From an uncultured Acidobacteriota bacterium (GTDB lineage Bacteria; Acidobacteriota; JAQAZP01): 64,000 nucleotides of DNA. Below the pieces are notes generated by a model. The model was not told the origin of the DNA. It worked only from the letters and a program-made list of their open reading frames with translations, and searched no databases. Location of the stretch: positions 3,104,001-3,168,000 of the forward strand of contig CAWIIB010000009.1 in the NCBI GenBank assembly GCA_963836075.1. Reading direction: 5' to 3'. This document shows, piece by piece, positions 1 through 11,200 of this stretch (the stretch's first letter is position 1; each line of letters opens with the position of its first letter). A program made the position numbers and the translations under genes.

Positions 1-1854
1 CCGTCCCCGCTGTTCCTCGCCGTTCCGGATGTAGGCCGTGCCGAGGTTGAGGTAGGCCGGCGCAAACCCGGGGGCCAGATCCACGGCTCGGCGGAAGGCC
101 CGGATCGCCTCCTCCGTCCGCCCCAGCTTGCCCAGCGCCGCCCCCATGGCCACCCAGCTGTCCGGGTTCCCCTCCACCGCGGCAACCGACTGCCGCAGCC
201 GTTTCAGCGCCTCGTCGTAGCGCCCACGGGAGAACTCCACCTTGCCCCAGTCGGCCAGGGCCTGGGCCTTGCGCTGCAGCGCGTCGGCGGATTCCGGGAC
301 GATGGCCAGGGTCCGGTTGTAGTTTTCCACCGCCGCGGCGTACTCCCCCCGCAGGTACGCGGCATCCCCCAGACCGGTCCAGGCCTGGGTGTATTCGGGG
401 TAGATGCGCACCGCCTCCTCCAGGTGCCCGGCGGCCTGTTCTATCATCTCCACCCGAAGAGCGGCATTTTCCGGTCTGGACGATTCGATCAACATCTCGC
501 AGCCCAGGGCGTTCTGCAGTTTGGCGCTGCGCGCCGACACGTTGATGTCGGTGGAGAAGAGGGTGAAGTTGTCCTTCCAGGCCTGCTCCCGGTGCAGGGC
601 CTTCAGGCTGAAAGGGATGATGACCAGCAGGGCCAGCAGCAGGGCGGCGCTGACCGGCGCCATCCGGCGGCCCCCGACCCGGACCAGGGCCAGGGCGGTG
701 GCAATGCAGAAGGCCAGCGAGGGCATGTAGAGGAAACGCTCGGCCATATTTGTCCCCACGGTGAAGGGGATGTTGGAGACGATGAAGAGGGTCAGCAGGT
801 AAAAGAGCGCCAGGAAGGAGATGCGGCAGCGCGACCTGAACGTCCAGACGGCCCAGCCCAGGGCCCCGAGATGGAGAGCCAGGCTGGCGATCACCGACCA
901 GTGGGCCCACGACATCAGCGGGATGGTTTTCGGGTAGTAGTCGTGGGTCAGCGGGTGGGGGAAGACCAGCAGCAGCAGGTAGCGGCCCAGGGTGTGGGTG
1001 ATGGTGGCGTATTTTTGCGCCACGGTCATCCCCAGGAACGGGTTGTTGAGGATACTCTCCGCCGCACCGGGGGAGCCGGAGCCGAACCCCAGGACGGCAA
1101 AGCGGACGGCCAGGTAGAGGCCGGCGGTGGCGCCCAGCCAGGGGACCAGCTTCCGCAGCATCGCCGCCGGCGGCCACTGGGGTCGGAAAAAGTAGATGGC
1201 CAGGGGGATCACCACGAGGAAGGCGAAGGCGTTCTCCTTGGCCAGGATGGCCAGGAAGAGCAGCGCCGAGCCCACTGCGGCGGGCCATACCTTGCTCCGT
1301 CGGCCGGCCTCGAGGAACAGCAGCAGGGCGGCCAGGGCCAGAAAGAGCGCCAGCAGTTCGTCGCGTCCCTTGATGTTGGCCACCGCCTCGCTATGCACCG
1401 GGTGGGCGAGGAAGATCAGTGCCGCCAGCAGTGAAACCAGCCGGGCCCAGTGGGGGGCCGAATTCTCCGGAGCGGTGAACAGGCTGAGCAGCAGGAGATA
1501 GATCAGCGCTCCGGTGAGGGCGTAGAGCAGGATGTTCACCAGGTGGTTCACCGCCGGGTTTTCCCCGAACAGCGCGTGCTCCACGGCGAAGGTGACCAGC
1601 GACAGGGGGCGGTAACGGCCGCCGGGCAGCAGTTCCACGCCCTCGCCGAAATAGCCGTGCCAGGTGTCGGTGGTCAGGATGGGAACGATGCCGGCAAAGC
1701 CCTGGTTGGTGAAGCGGTTGCCGGCAATGGCCATGTCATCGTCCAGGGCAAAGCCGTGGAACAGGGTGGGAGCGTAGAGCGCCAGCCCGAAAATGAAAAT
1801 GATCAGCAGGTGCGATCTCTCGGTTTTGTGAACTGCGCTGATCACCTGGTCCAT
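1..1854 (-). CDS. TMTC-like multi-pass membrane protein with C-terminal TPR repeats (putative O-mannosyltransferase family); 3' end runs off the window
   Basis: Not in the ORF track. Hand translation of both ends: MDQVISAVHKTERSHLLIIFIFGLALYAPTLFHGFALDDDMAI...YRPLSLVTF...HLVNILLY at the start and the TPR segment PAYLNLGTAY at the window edge, in the same frame. An alternative in-frame ATG is at 1926. Confidence 0.8.
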   Translation of the reverse strand, partial: MDQVISAVHKTERSHLLIIFIFGLALYAPTLFHGFALDDDMAIAGNRFTNQGFAGIVPILTTDTWHGYFGEGVELLPGGRYRPLSLVTFAVEHALFGENPAVNHLVNILLYALTGALIYLLLLSLFTAPENSAPHWARLVSLLAALIFLAHPVHSEAVANIKGRDELLALFLALAALLLFLEAGRRSKVWPAAVGSALLFLAILAKENAFAFLVVIPLAIYFFRPQWPPAAMLRKLVPWLGATAGLYLAVRFAVLGFGSGSPGAAESILNNPFLGMTVAQKYATITHTLGRYLLLLVFPHPLTHDYYPKTIPLMSWAHWSVIASLALHLGALGWAVWTFRSRCRISFLALFYLLTLFIVSNIPFTVGTNMAERFLYMPSLAFCIATALALVRVGGRRMAPVSAALLLALLVIIPFSLKALHREQAWKDNFTLFSTDINVSARSAKLQNALGCEMLIESSRPENAALRVEMIEQAAGHLEEAVRIYPEYTQAWTGLGDAAYLRGEYAAAVENYNRTLAIVPESADALQRKAQALADWGKVEFSRGRYDEALKRLRQSVAAVEGNPDSWVAMGAALGKLGRTEEAIRAFRRAVDLAPGFAPAYLNLGTAYIRNGEEQRGR

Positions 1855-2006
1855 CCTGGAGCGGCGGGAAACAACGGCAGGCCGCGGACCGGGCCGGCCG
1901 CACTTCCGGGTGCGAGAGGAATCCATGGTAGGGGATTGGCCGCTGGAGAGTCAACCGGGACAGGTGTCAGGGCCTGGTTCAGAGGTGAAATCCAGCCGGT
2001 CTGTTT

Positions 2007-4363
<2,357 letters not shown>

Positions 4364-4364
<1 letters not shown>

Positions 4365-4939
4365 TATCGCTCTCCTCCCTGCTCCAGCTCGCGGAAGAGC
4401 CAGGCGCGGGCGAAGTTCCAGCGCCGGCGCACCGTCCGTTCGGACATCCCGGTCAACTCGGCGATTTCCCCCTCGGTGAGGCCGGCAAAAAACTTCAGCT
4501 CGACGATCCGGCGGTCCTCGGGGGACCTGGCGTCGAGCTTGTTCAGGGCTTCGTCCAGACCGAGGAGGTCAACATCCGGCCCGGGGCTGGCCATGCCCTC
4601 GTCGAGGGTCACCCGCAGCAGCTGGCCATCCCTTTTCTGCCGGTTCCGACCCCGGGCGTGGTCCACCAGCACCCGCCTGATCTGCCGGGCGGCCACCCGG
4701 AAGAAGTGGGTGCGGCCCTGCCAGTCCACCGACTGCTGTTCGATCAGACGCACGTAGGCTTCATGGACCAGGGCGGTGGGCTGCAGGGTGTGGCCCCGCC
4801 GTTCCTTCCTCAACTGGTAGGCGGCCAGGGCGCGCAGTTCCTTGTAGACCAGCTCCATCAGCTGTTCCAGCGCCTGCTCGTCACCGAGACCGGTGGCTTC
4901 CAGGAGCCGGGCCATATTCTGTTCACTGTAGTCGCCCAA
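4364..4939 (-). CDS. ECF-type RNA polymerase sigma factor (TIGR02999-like, kinase-associated)
   Basis: LVYKELRALA...HTLQPTALVHEAYVRL...VELKFFAGLT..EIA...RTVRRRW signature; stop overlaps the kinase start; probable TTG start at 4939 after GAGG. Confidence 0.9.
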
Positions 4940-5034
4940 TACTGCCTCTTGGGATGGCGGAGGGTCCACTCTTTCCTCAACCTTAGCAAGAGTTTCCCGG
5001 CAATTCAAGAGGTGCCGCATCCCTGAATAATCAT

Positions 5035-5048
5035 TTTTCATGGACAAT
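5035..5048 (+). promoter_or_regulatory. Conserved upstream motif TTTTCATGGACAAT (copy 1)
   Basis: Related motif recurs at 29330-29342, 47482-47495, 49662-49675, 54233-54246 and 61452-61465, always in the orientation of the downstream gene. Confidence 0.6.
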
Positions 5049-5107
5049 AGAACATGATGTAATATCAGGCTGCTGTCTGTCCTTCTGAAATGCTCGGAGG
5101 TGACGCA

Positions 5108-8083
5108 ATGCGTGTGCCCGAACGGCAAACCGGATTCCTCGGCCTTTTCGTTGTTCTCTCGATCCTTTACTGCCCCTTGCTCGGCGCCGCTATGATCCAT
5201 GTACCCGGTGACCAGCCCACCATCCAGGAGGGGATCGATGCCGCCCAGAACGGCGACACGGTGCTGGTGGCTGCCGGGACCTGGGTGGAAAACATCAACT
5301 TCCAGGGCAAGTCGATCTCCGTGACCAGTGAATCCGGTCCGGCGGTTACCACCATCGAATCAGGTGCATTCAGAAGCGTGGTCACCTTTGCCGGCGGCGA
5401 AACCCTGGACGCCCTGCTCGAGGGGTTCACCATCACCGGAGGAAGCGGGACGGAAATCAACGGGGACGTGTTCGGCGGCGGGATCCTCTGCCGTCTGGCC
5501 AGCTCGCCGACGATATCGGGGAACATCATTTTCTCCAACAGCACCTTGGACGGCGGCGGTGGCATCGCCTGCATCGAGCAGTCCGCCCCCCTGATCGCCG
5601 GGAACACGATCCGTTTGAATGATGCTATTTACAACGGCGGCGGGATCGTCTGTCGGGACTCCTCCCCGGTGATCAGCGACAATACCATCAGCCGTAACAG
5701 CTGCTTCTTCGGCGGCGGTGTACCTATCTACGGCCTGTCATCCCAGCCACAGGTGACCGGCAATACGATCAGTTACAACGAGGCGGAGTATGTCGGGGCC
5801 GGCGTCATCTGCAGCCAATATTCATCGCCCACCCTGGCCAACAACATCATCCAGGGAAATATATCCCAGGGGGAAGGCGGAGGCATCAATTGCAACAGCT
5901 GGAGTACACCCCTGATCACCGGCAACCTGATCACCGGGAACCGGGCCGGTTTCGGCCCGAATTTCGGCGGGGCGGGGATCGTGGTCTGGCTAGAGGCGTT
6001 TGCCACCATTACCAACAACACGGTCACCAACAACGTTTCGGGACATGAAGGCGGCGGGATCTGGATTACCGACTCCGGCTACGCATCGATCTCGGGAAAC
6101 ATCATCACCGGTAACAGCGCCGTATACAGCAGGGGCGGCGGGATATGCTTCTCCGTTCCCGAGACATTCGATTCCGCACTGGCCCCGGTTCAGGACGGCG
6201 CCGTCCCAACGGACGAGGTGCCGTTGATGGCTGTTGAATACGGTCCCTCTGTTGGGTCCGGCCATCGTTGGGAAACCGGTGAGGATTCACGCGGCGGGAT
6301 CCGGGAGGTGGTCAACAATCTCGTGCTGGGCAATGTCGGCAGCTATGGCGGCGGTATTCACCGCAGCAATGCCGGCACGGTGCCGCTGATCAACAACACG
6401 ATCATTGGCAACACATCGGGAGGCGGTATTGACGGGGAAACGGGACCGACGATCCGCAACAACATCGTTCGCGGCAATTTTCCGACACAGATCGACACGG
6501 GGATCGTGGCCACCTACTGCAATGTCGAGGGCGGCTGGCCGGGAACGGGGAACATCGATGCCGACCCGCTCTTTGTCACCGGGTCGCAAGGGGAGTTTTA
6601 TTTGAGCCAGATCGCCGCCGGCCAGGACGAGGACAGCCCCTGCGTGGATGCGGGACGCCCGGACAGCGGGATGATCATCGGCACCACGCGTACGGATGGT
6701 GTCCAGGACGGCGGGGTGGTGGACATGGGATTTCACTATCCGCTGACCGATGGCGTCTACATCTGCTACGAGCCGTCATCGCTCAACCTGCACGCGGAGT
6801 TGCCATCCGGAACCTCGGCAATCCGGGATCTCTCCATCTGGTCCTGCGGCAATGAGCTGCTGGAGTGGTCGGTGAGCAGCGAGGCGGAGTGGCTGACCCT
6901 CGACCCGCGCTCGGGATACTCGGAAGGCGAGGTGGATCTGGTGACGGTGGGTGTGGACGTGGATGCCGTCGCCCCCGGCAGCTATGAGACCGCTATCCGT
7001 ATCCTGGGCATCGGGGCCGAGAACTCGCCGCAATGGGTGCCGGTTTCACTGAATGTCTCCTACCTGGGCAATATCCGGATGATCGTGGGGCCCGGTCCCG
7101 CCCCGGACAACCAGCCCCTGGTCCGGGTTTTCCGGCCCTATGGTGAAACCCACCTGTACGAATTCAACGCATACGGTCCGCCTCACTTCGGTGTCAACGT
7201 CAGCACCGGTGACGTGGATGGCGATTTCGGCTCCGACATTCTCACCGGCGCCGGGCCGGGCGCGGTCTTCGGCCCCCACGTGCGGGGCTTCCATGAGGAC
7301 GGTACCCCCATGCCCGGGTTGAGCTTTCTCGCCTATGGCACCAACAAGTACGGGGTCAACGTGGCCGCCGGCGACCTGGACGGCGACGCGGTGGAGGAGA
7401 TCATCACCGGTGCCGGTCCGGGTGCTGTCTTCGGCCCCCACGTGCGGGCGTTCTCCTATGACGGTTCAGCGGTGGCGCCTGTCCCCGGGGTCAGCTTCTT
7501 TGCCTACGGCACGCAGAAGTGGGGCGTGAACGTGGCAGCAGGGGACATCGACGGCGACGGGATGGACGAAATTGTCACCGGTGCCGGTCCGGGTGCCGTG
7601 TTCGGCTCCCACGTGCGCGGCTGGAACGTGGACGGTGGTGTCGCGGCCGCCATCCCCGGGGTCAGCTTCTTCGCCTACGGCACTCCGCGCTACGGGGTCG
7701 AGGTGGCCTGCGGGGACGTGGACGGCGACGGGACTGCCGAGATCATCACCGCCCCGGGCCCTTCGCCCGCCTTTGGCGCTCATGTCCGCGGCTGGAAATA
7801 CAACGGTGTCTCGACCAGTGAGATGACCTACCTCAATTTCTTTGCCTGGCCTCCTGAAGAGGCTCGATACGGGGCAAAAGTCTGGGCGGCCACCGAACTT
7901 ACTTCCGGTGCCCGCGACAATATCGTCGTGGGCCCGGGCCCGGACCCGTCAATGCCGGCCACGGTGCGGGTCTACAGCTACCTGGTCACCTATGTTTCGC
8001 TCGATGTCTCCCTGGACGCCTTCGATCCGGACGTGACCCACGGAGCCAATGTCGCCGCAGGTGTCTTCTCCCCCGAAAACTAG
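5108..8083 (+). CDS. Secreted right-handed beta-helix protein with BACON-like domain and C-terminal FG-GAP-like module (CTD-A)
   Basis: GGAGG RBS, signal peptide, IHVPGDQPTIQEGIDAA start, GGGI/N-rich repeats, WSVSSEAEWLTL (BACON-like), repeated GDxDGDG..EIxTGAGPGAVFGPHVR. Confidence 0.85.
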   Translation: MRVPERQTGFLGLFVVLSILYCPLLGAAMIHVPGDQPTIQEGIDAAQNGDTVLVAAGTWVENINFQGKSISVTSESGPAVTTIESGAFRSVVTFAGGETLDALLEGFTITGGSGTEINGDVFGGGILCRLASSPTISGNIIFSNSTLDGGGGIACIEQSAPLIAGNTIRLNDAIYNGGGIVCRDSSPVISDNTISRNSCFFGGGVPIYGLSSQPQVTGNTISYNEAEYVGAGVICSQYSSPTLANNIIQGNISQGEGGGINCNSWSTPLITGNLITGNRAGFGPNFGGAGIVVWLEAFATITNNTVTNNVSGHEGGGIWITDSGYASISGNIITGNSAVYSRGGGICFSVPETFDSALAPVQDGAVPTDEVPLMAVEYGPSVGSGHRWETGEDSRGGIREVVNNLVLGNVGSYGGGIHRSNAGTVPLINNTIIGNTSGGGIDGETGPTIRNNIVRGNFPTQIDTGIVATYCNVEGGWPGTGNIDADPLFVTGSQGEFYLSQIAAGQDEDSPCVDAGRPDSGMIIGTTRTDGVQDGGVVDMGFHYPLTDGVYICYEPSSLNLHAELPSGTSAIRDLSIWSCGNELLEWSVSSEAEWLTLDPRSGYSEGEVDLVTVGVDVDAVAPGSYETAIRILGIGAENSPQWVPVSLNVSYLGNIRMIVGPGPAPDNQPLVRVFRPYGETHLYEFNAYGPPHFGVNVSTGDVDGDFGSDILTGAGPGAVFGPHVRGFHEDGTPMPGLSFLAYGTNKYGVNVAAGDLDGDAVEEIITGAGPGAVFGPHVRAFSYDGSAVAPVPGVSFFAYGTQKWGVNVAAGDIDGDGMDEIVTGAGPGAVFGSHVRGWNVDGGVAAAIPGVSFFAYGTPRYGVEVACGDVDGDGTAEIITAPGPSPAFGAHVRGWKYNGVSTSEMTYLNFFAWPPEEARYGAKVWAATELTSGARDNIVVGPGPDPSMPATVRVYSYLVTYVSLDVSLDAFDPDVTHGANVAAGVFSPEN

Positions 8084-8141
8084 CGACAGCCGAAATTGGG
8101 GAGAATCGCAATGACAGAAACTGGCACGCCTGACTAGAGCA

Positions 8142-8870
8142 CTATCTCGGGCGGGTCTGGCGCCAGACCTTGAACAGGCCCAGGCCGTTGCGCATGGCGA
8201 TGCGGGGCACCTTGGACATTTTGAAGACCACGGTGGACCCGGCGGTGCGCAGGCGGTGCTGGATGGGGAACTCCATGATGACCAGACCGGCGTTGGTGGC
8301 CCGGCCCACAAACTCCCACCAGAACCCCTCGGTTAGCAGGCCCAGGTCGGGGAGCAGCCGCTCCAGGGCGGGCCTCTTGATCAGCAGGTAGGGGCAGCTG
8401 GGGTCGTGGATCGAGTGGGAGAAGAGGGTCTTGTGCAGCAGCTTGAACGACCCGGACATGATTTTCCGGGTGATGGAGTCCTGGCGGTTGGTGCGCCAGC
8501 CGATGCCGATGTCGAACTCGTCCTTCCGTTCCCAGAACTGCCAGAAATCGGACGGGGCGCACTGCCCGTCGGAGTCGACCGGGAGGACGTAGGGTGCGGT
8601 GGAGTGGCGGAAGGCGTCCACCACCGCGCCGGCATAGCCCCGCCGGCGGTCCACCATGTCGAGGAGTATGGGCAGTTCTTTCTCGAGGCGGGTCAACACC
8701 TCCTTGGTATTGTCCCGGCTGCCGTCCTCGCAGACGATGAACTGGATGTTCAGCCGTGGTGACAGTTCGTCGTACCATTCCCGGAGGGTCGACTCGATGC
8801 TCTCACCTTCATTGTGCACCGGCATGATGATCTGAAGATCGAAGTTCCCCTGCTCGGACATCGGCGCCAC
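8142..8870 (-). CDS. Glycosyltransferase family 2 (DPM1-like)
   Basis: IIMPVHNE, EDGSRDNT, DSDGQ motifs. Confidence 0.85.
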   Translation of the reverse strand: MAPMSEQGNFDLQIIMPVHNEGESIESTLREWYDELSPRLNIQFIVCEDGSRDNTKEVLTRLEKELPILLDMVDRRRGYAGAVVDAFRHSTAPYVLPVDSDGQCAPSDFWQFWERKDEFDIGIGWRTNRQDSITRKIMSGSFKLLHKTLFSHSIHDPSCPYLLIKRPALERLLPDLGLLTEGFWWEFVGRATNAGLVIMEFPIQHRLRTAGSTVVFKMSKVPRIAMRNGLGLFKVWRQTRPR

Positions 8871-9258
8871 TCCCCGTACAGATACAACCGCTCCTCTCCG
8901 GCCAGCGGGGGAGCGGCAGTGGTCATTGTCTGAAAACGGTTGTAAGGATAGTGGTTTTACACTTGGGAGTCAAAGCGTCCGGCCGGCGCCCGGAACTCCG
9001 GCAGACCCAGGGGTAGCCATACCGTACGACACAGCATTCACCTGCCGCCATGCCCCTCGCATCCAGAGGTATGATTTGGGGCCTATGCCGTATGTCCCCT
9101 TGCTTGCCCGCATTGGCGGGTTTCTATATCATGACAGGAAATAACTTGATCTGCAGAACCCGTTTGCTTGACCATACGGACAGTTGAATTCCGCCCCTGC
9201 ACCAGGTACGAACAGGTCCGGTAGCCCGGTAACCAGGACTCTGAGGAGGACTGGAATA

Positions 9259-11151
9259 GTGAACGACGAAGATAAAGCCGCTTCCGGCAAAGGGAAATGG
9301 TGGACCTGGGTCTGCCGCATCATCATTGTCCTCCTGGGCATCGAAGTGGGATGGCTGATCGTCGCCCACCTGTTCCTCAACACGCCGCTGGGGCCGTGGG
9401 CCATCAACCGCAAGCCGGAGAAGTGGTCGGTGACCTGGGAACGCGTCCTGACGCCCTATCCGGCCAAGGTCTATGTCAAGGGGTTCACCCTGAACCAGAA
9501 GACTCCCAAGATGGGGGTGACCATCACCGCGGACAAGGTCAATGCCCGGATCGGGATCCTGCCGTTTTTCATGAAAACCCTGCGGGCCACCGGCGTGGAC
9601 GTTCATGGGATATCAGTGGTGCTGGACCGCAGTGCCGGGTCCGGCCTGCCACCGTCCACCAAGACGAAACCGGGGTTCAAGATCAAGCTGCTGGGCATCA
9701 CGGTCAACGATCTCAAGGAGTTCCGTTTCGACCAGATGTCGATGGTGGAAGGCGAGGCCGTGGTCTCCGGAGACTTCGAGATACAGGTCCGCTCCCACAT
9801 GGTGGTCCGCGACGCCGACCTGCGCTGGAACGATGCCAGAATATACCTGGAAGAAGAAACCCTTGCCGAAGCGCTGGACCTCGGGTTCCGCGGCGGGTTC
9901 TCGCCGTTCAATCCCAAGGTCGAGAAGGGGCTGGCCATGCTGGCCCATCTCAGTGGCGACATCGACGTCAACGGCCACGTGGGCAGCCTGGTGCCGTTGA
10001 AGGTCTTCTTCGCGGGCACGAAGTGGATCGAGAAGCTGGATGGAGAGGGTGATGCGGCGGTGGCGTTGAAGGTCGCGGACGGTCTGCTGCAGCCGGGAAC
10101 GGTCATCGATGTCGATGCCCACGAACTGCTCCTCGATTTCATGGGCTTCCGGGCCACCGGAGTTGGGCGTGTGGACGGCCAGGTCGACACGGGAGAAGAA
10201 ACTCGCGAGGCATTCATCACCGTCAAATTCGATGATTTCCAGTTCGGGCGCCGGACCGAGGAGCAGCCGATGGCCCGGGGCACCGGTCTGGTTCTGGCGA
10301 CCCGCAGCGAAGGCATAGACGCCGCGGCGATGCTCAGCGGCATGAACATCACCCTCGACCTTCCGGAAGCCAATGTTCCCGACATTTCCTTTCTGGGCCG
10401 GGCGCTTCCCCAGGGCATGGGAATTTCCGTCACCGGCGGTCTGGCCAAACTGGCAGTGCACATGGAGGCTTTTGCCGGCAAGGAGGAGGCAGAGGGGACC
10501 ATCAAGATCAAGGGAGAAGATCTTTCGGGGAGCTTCCAGGACTTCGATTTCCAGACCGACCTCGATTTCACCACCCGTATTTCGGGGAGTGACTGGGATA
10601 ATTTTGAAGTGCGGCTGGAGGGTAGCGAACTGAAGCTGCTGGACGGAGTGTTCAACCACCCGGAGATCGAGGTGGCCCGGGGGTGGTGGATGACCCTTGA
10701 TGTGCCCGAGGGCCGGGCCAACTTCGCCGTGCCGCTGGAGGCCGAGGCCGAAGTGGATCTCTCCATGCGTGACACCCGGGTCATCGTGGCGATGTTCGCC
10801 GAGATGAAGAGCTGGGTCAAACACATCGATGGCCTGCTGACGGTGGAGGACGTGGTGGGGCACACCAGCGCCACCCTTTCCGACAAGCATGTGTCGCTCC
10901 GCGAGCTTTCCCTGAAGGGCGACAAGCTTGAAGCCCTGGGCGAACTGGAACTGGGCCAGCAGGGAGAGCGGAGCGGTATCATCTGGGTCCGCTACAAGAT
11001 CCTCAAACTCGCCCTGGAGCGGATCGGCGACCAGCGGGAGTGGAAGATGATCAACGCCCGGGAGTGGTACGACGAGAAACGGTCGGTCAACTGGGTCTCC
11101 GCCGAAGGCGAGGCGCTGGTTCCCGAGGCCGAGCCTGCCCCGGAGGAATAG
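9259..11151 (+). CDS. Membrane-anchored beta-rich hypothetical protein (possibly AsmA-like)
   Basis: Long ORF, GAGGAG RBS before GTG 9259, single N-terminal TM segment; family assignment weak. Confidence 0.6.
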   Translation: MNDEDKAASGKGKWWTWVCRIIIVLLGIEVGWLIVAHLFLNTPLGPWAINRKPEKWSVTWERVLTPYPAKVYVKGFTLNQKTPKMGVTITADKVNARIGILPFFMKTLRATGVDVHGISVVLDRSAGSGLPPSTKTKPGFKIKLLGITVNDLKEFRFDQMSMVEGEAVVSGDFEIQVRSHMVVRDADLRWNDARIYLEEETLAEALDLGFRGGFSPFNPKVEKGLAMLAHLSGDIDVNGHVGSLVPLKVFFAGTKWIEKLDGEGDAAVALKVADGLLQPGTVIDVDAHELLLDFMGFRATGVGRVDGQVDTGEETREAFITVKFDDFQFGRRTEEQPMARGTGLVLATRSEGIDAAAMLSGMNITLDLPEANVPDISFLGRALPQGMGISVTGGLAKLAVHMEAFAGKEEAEGTIKIKGEDLSGSFQDFDFQTDLDFTTRISGSDWDNFEVRLEGSELKLLDGVFNHPEIEVARGWWMTLDVPEGRANFAVPLEAEAEVDLSMRDTRVIVAMFAEMKSWVKHIDGLLTVEDVVGHTSATLSDKHVSLRELSLKGDKLEALGELELGQQGERSGIIWVRYKILKLALERIGDQREWKMINAREWYDEKRSVNWVSAEGEALVPEAEPAPEE

Positions 11152-11200
11152 GGTACAACCCGGGAGGTGTTCCCAGACCCCGGGCAGCCTGTTCCAACTC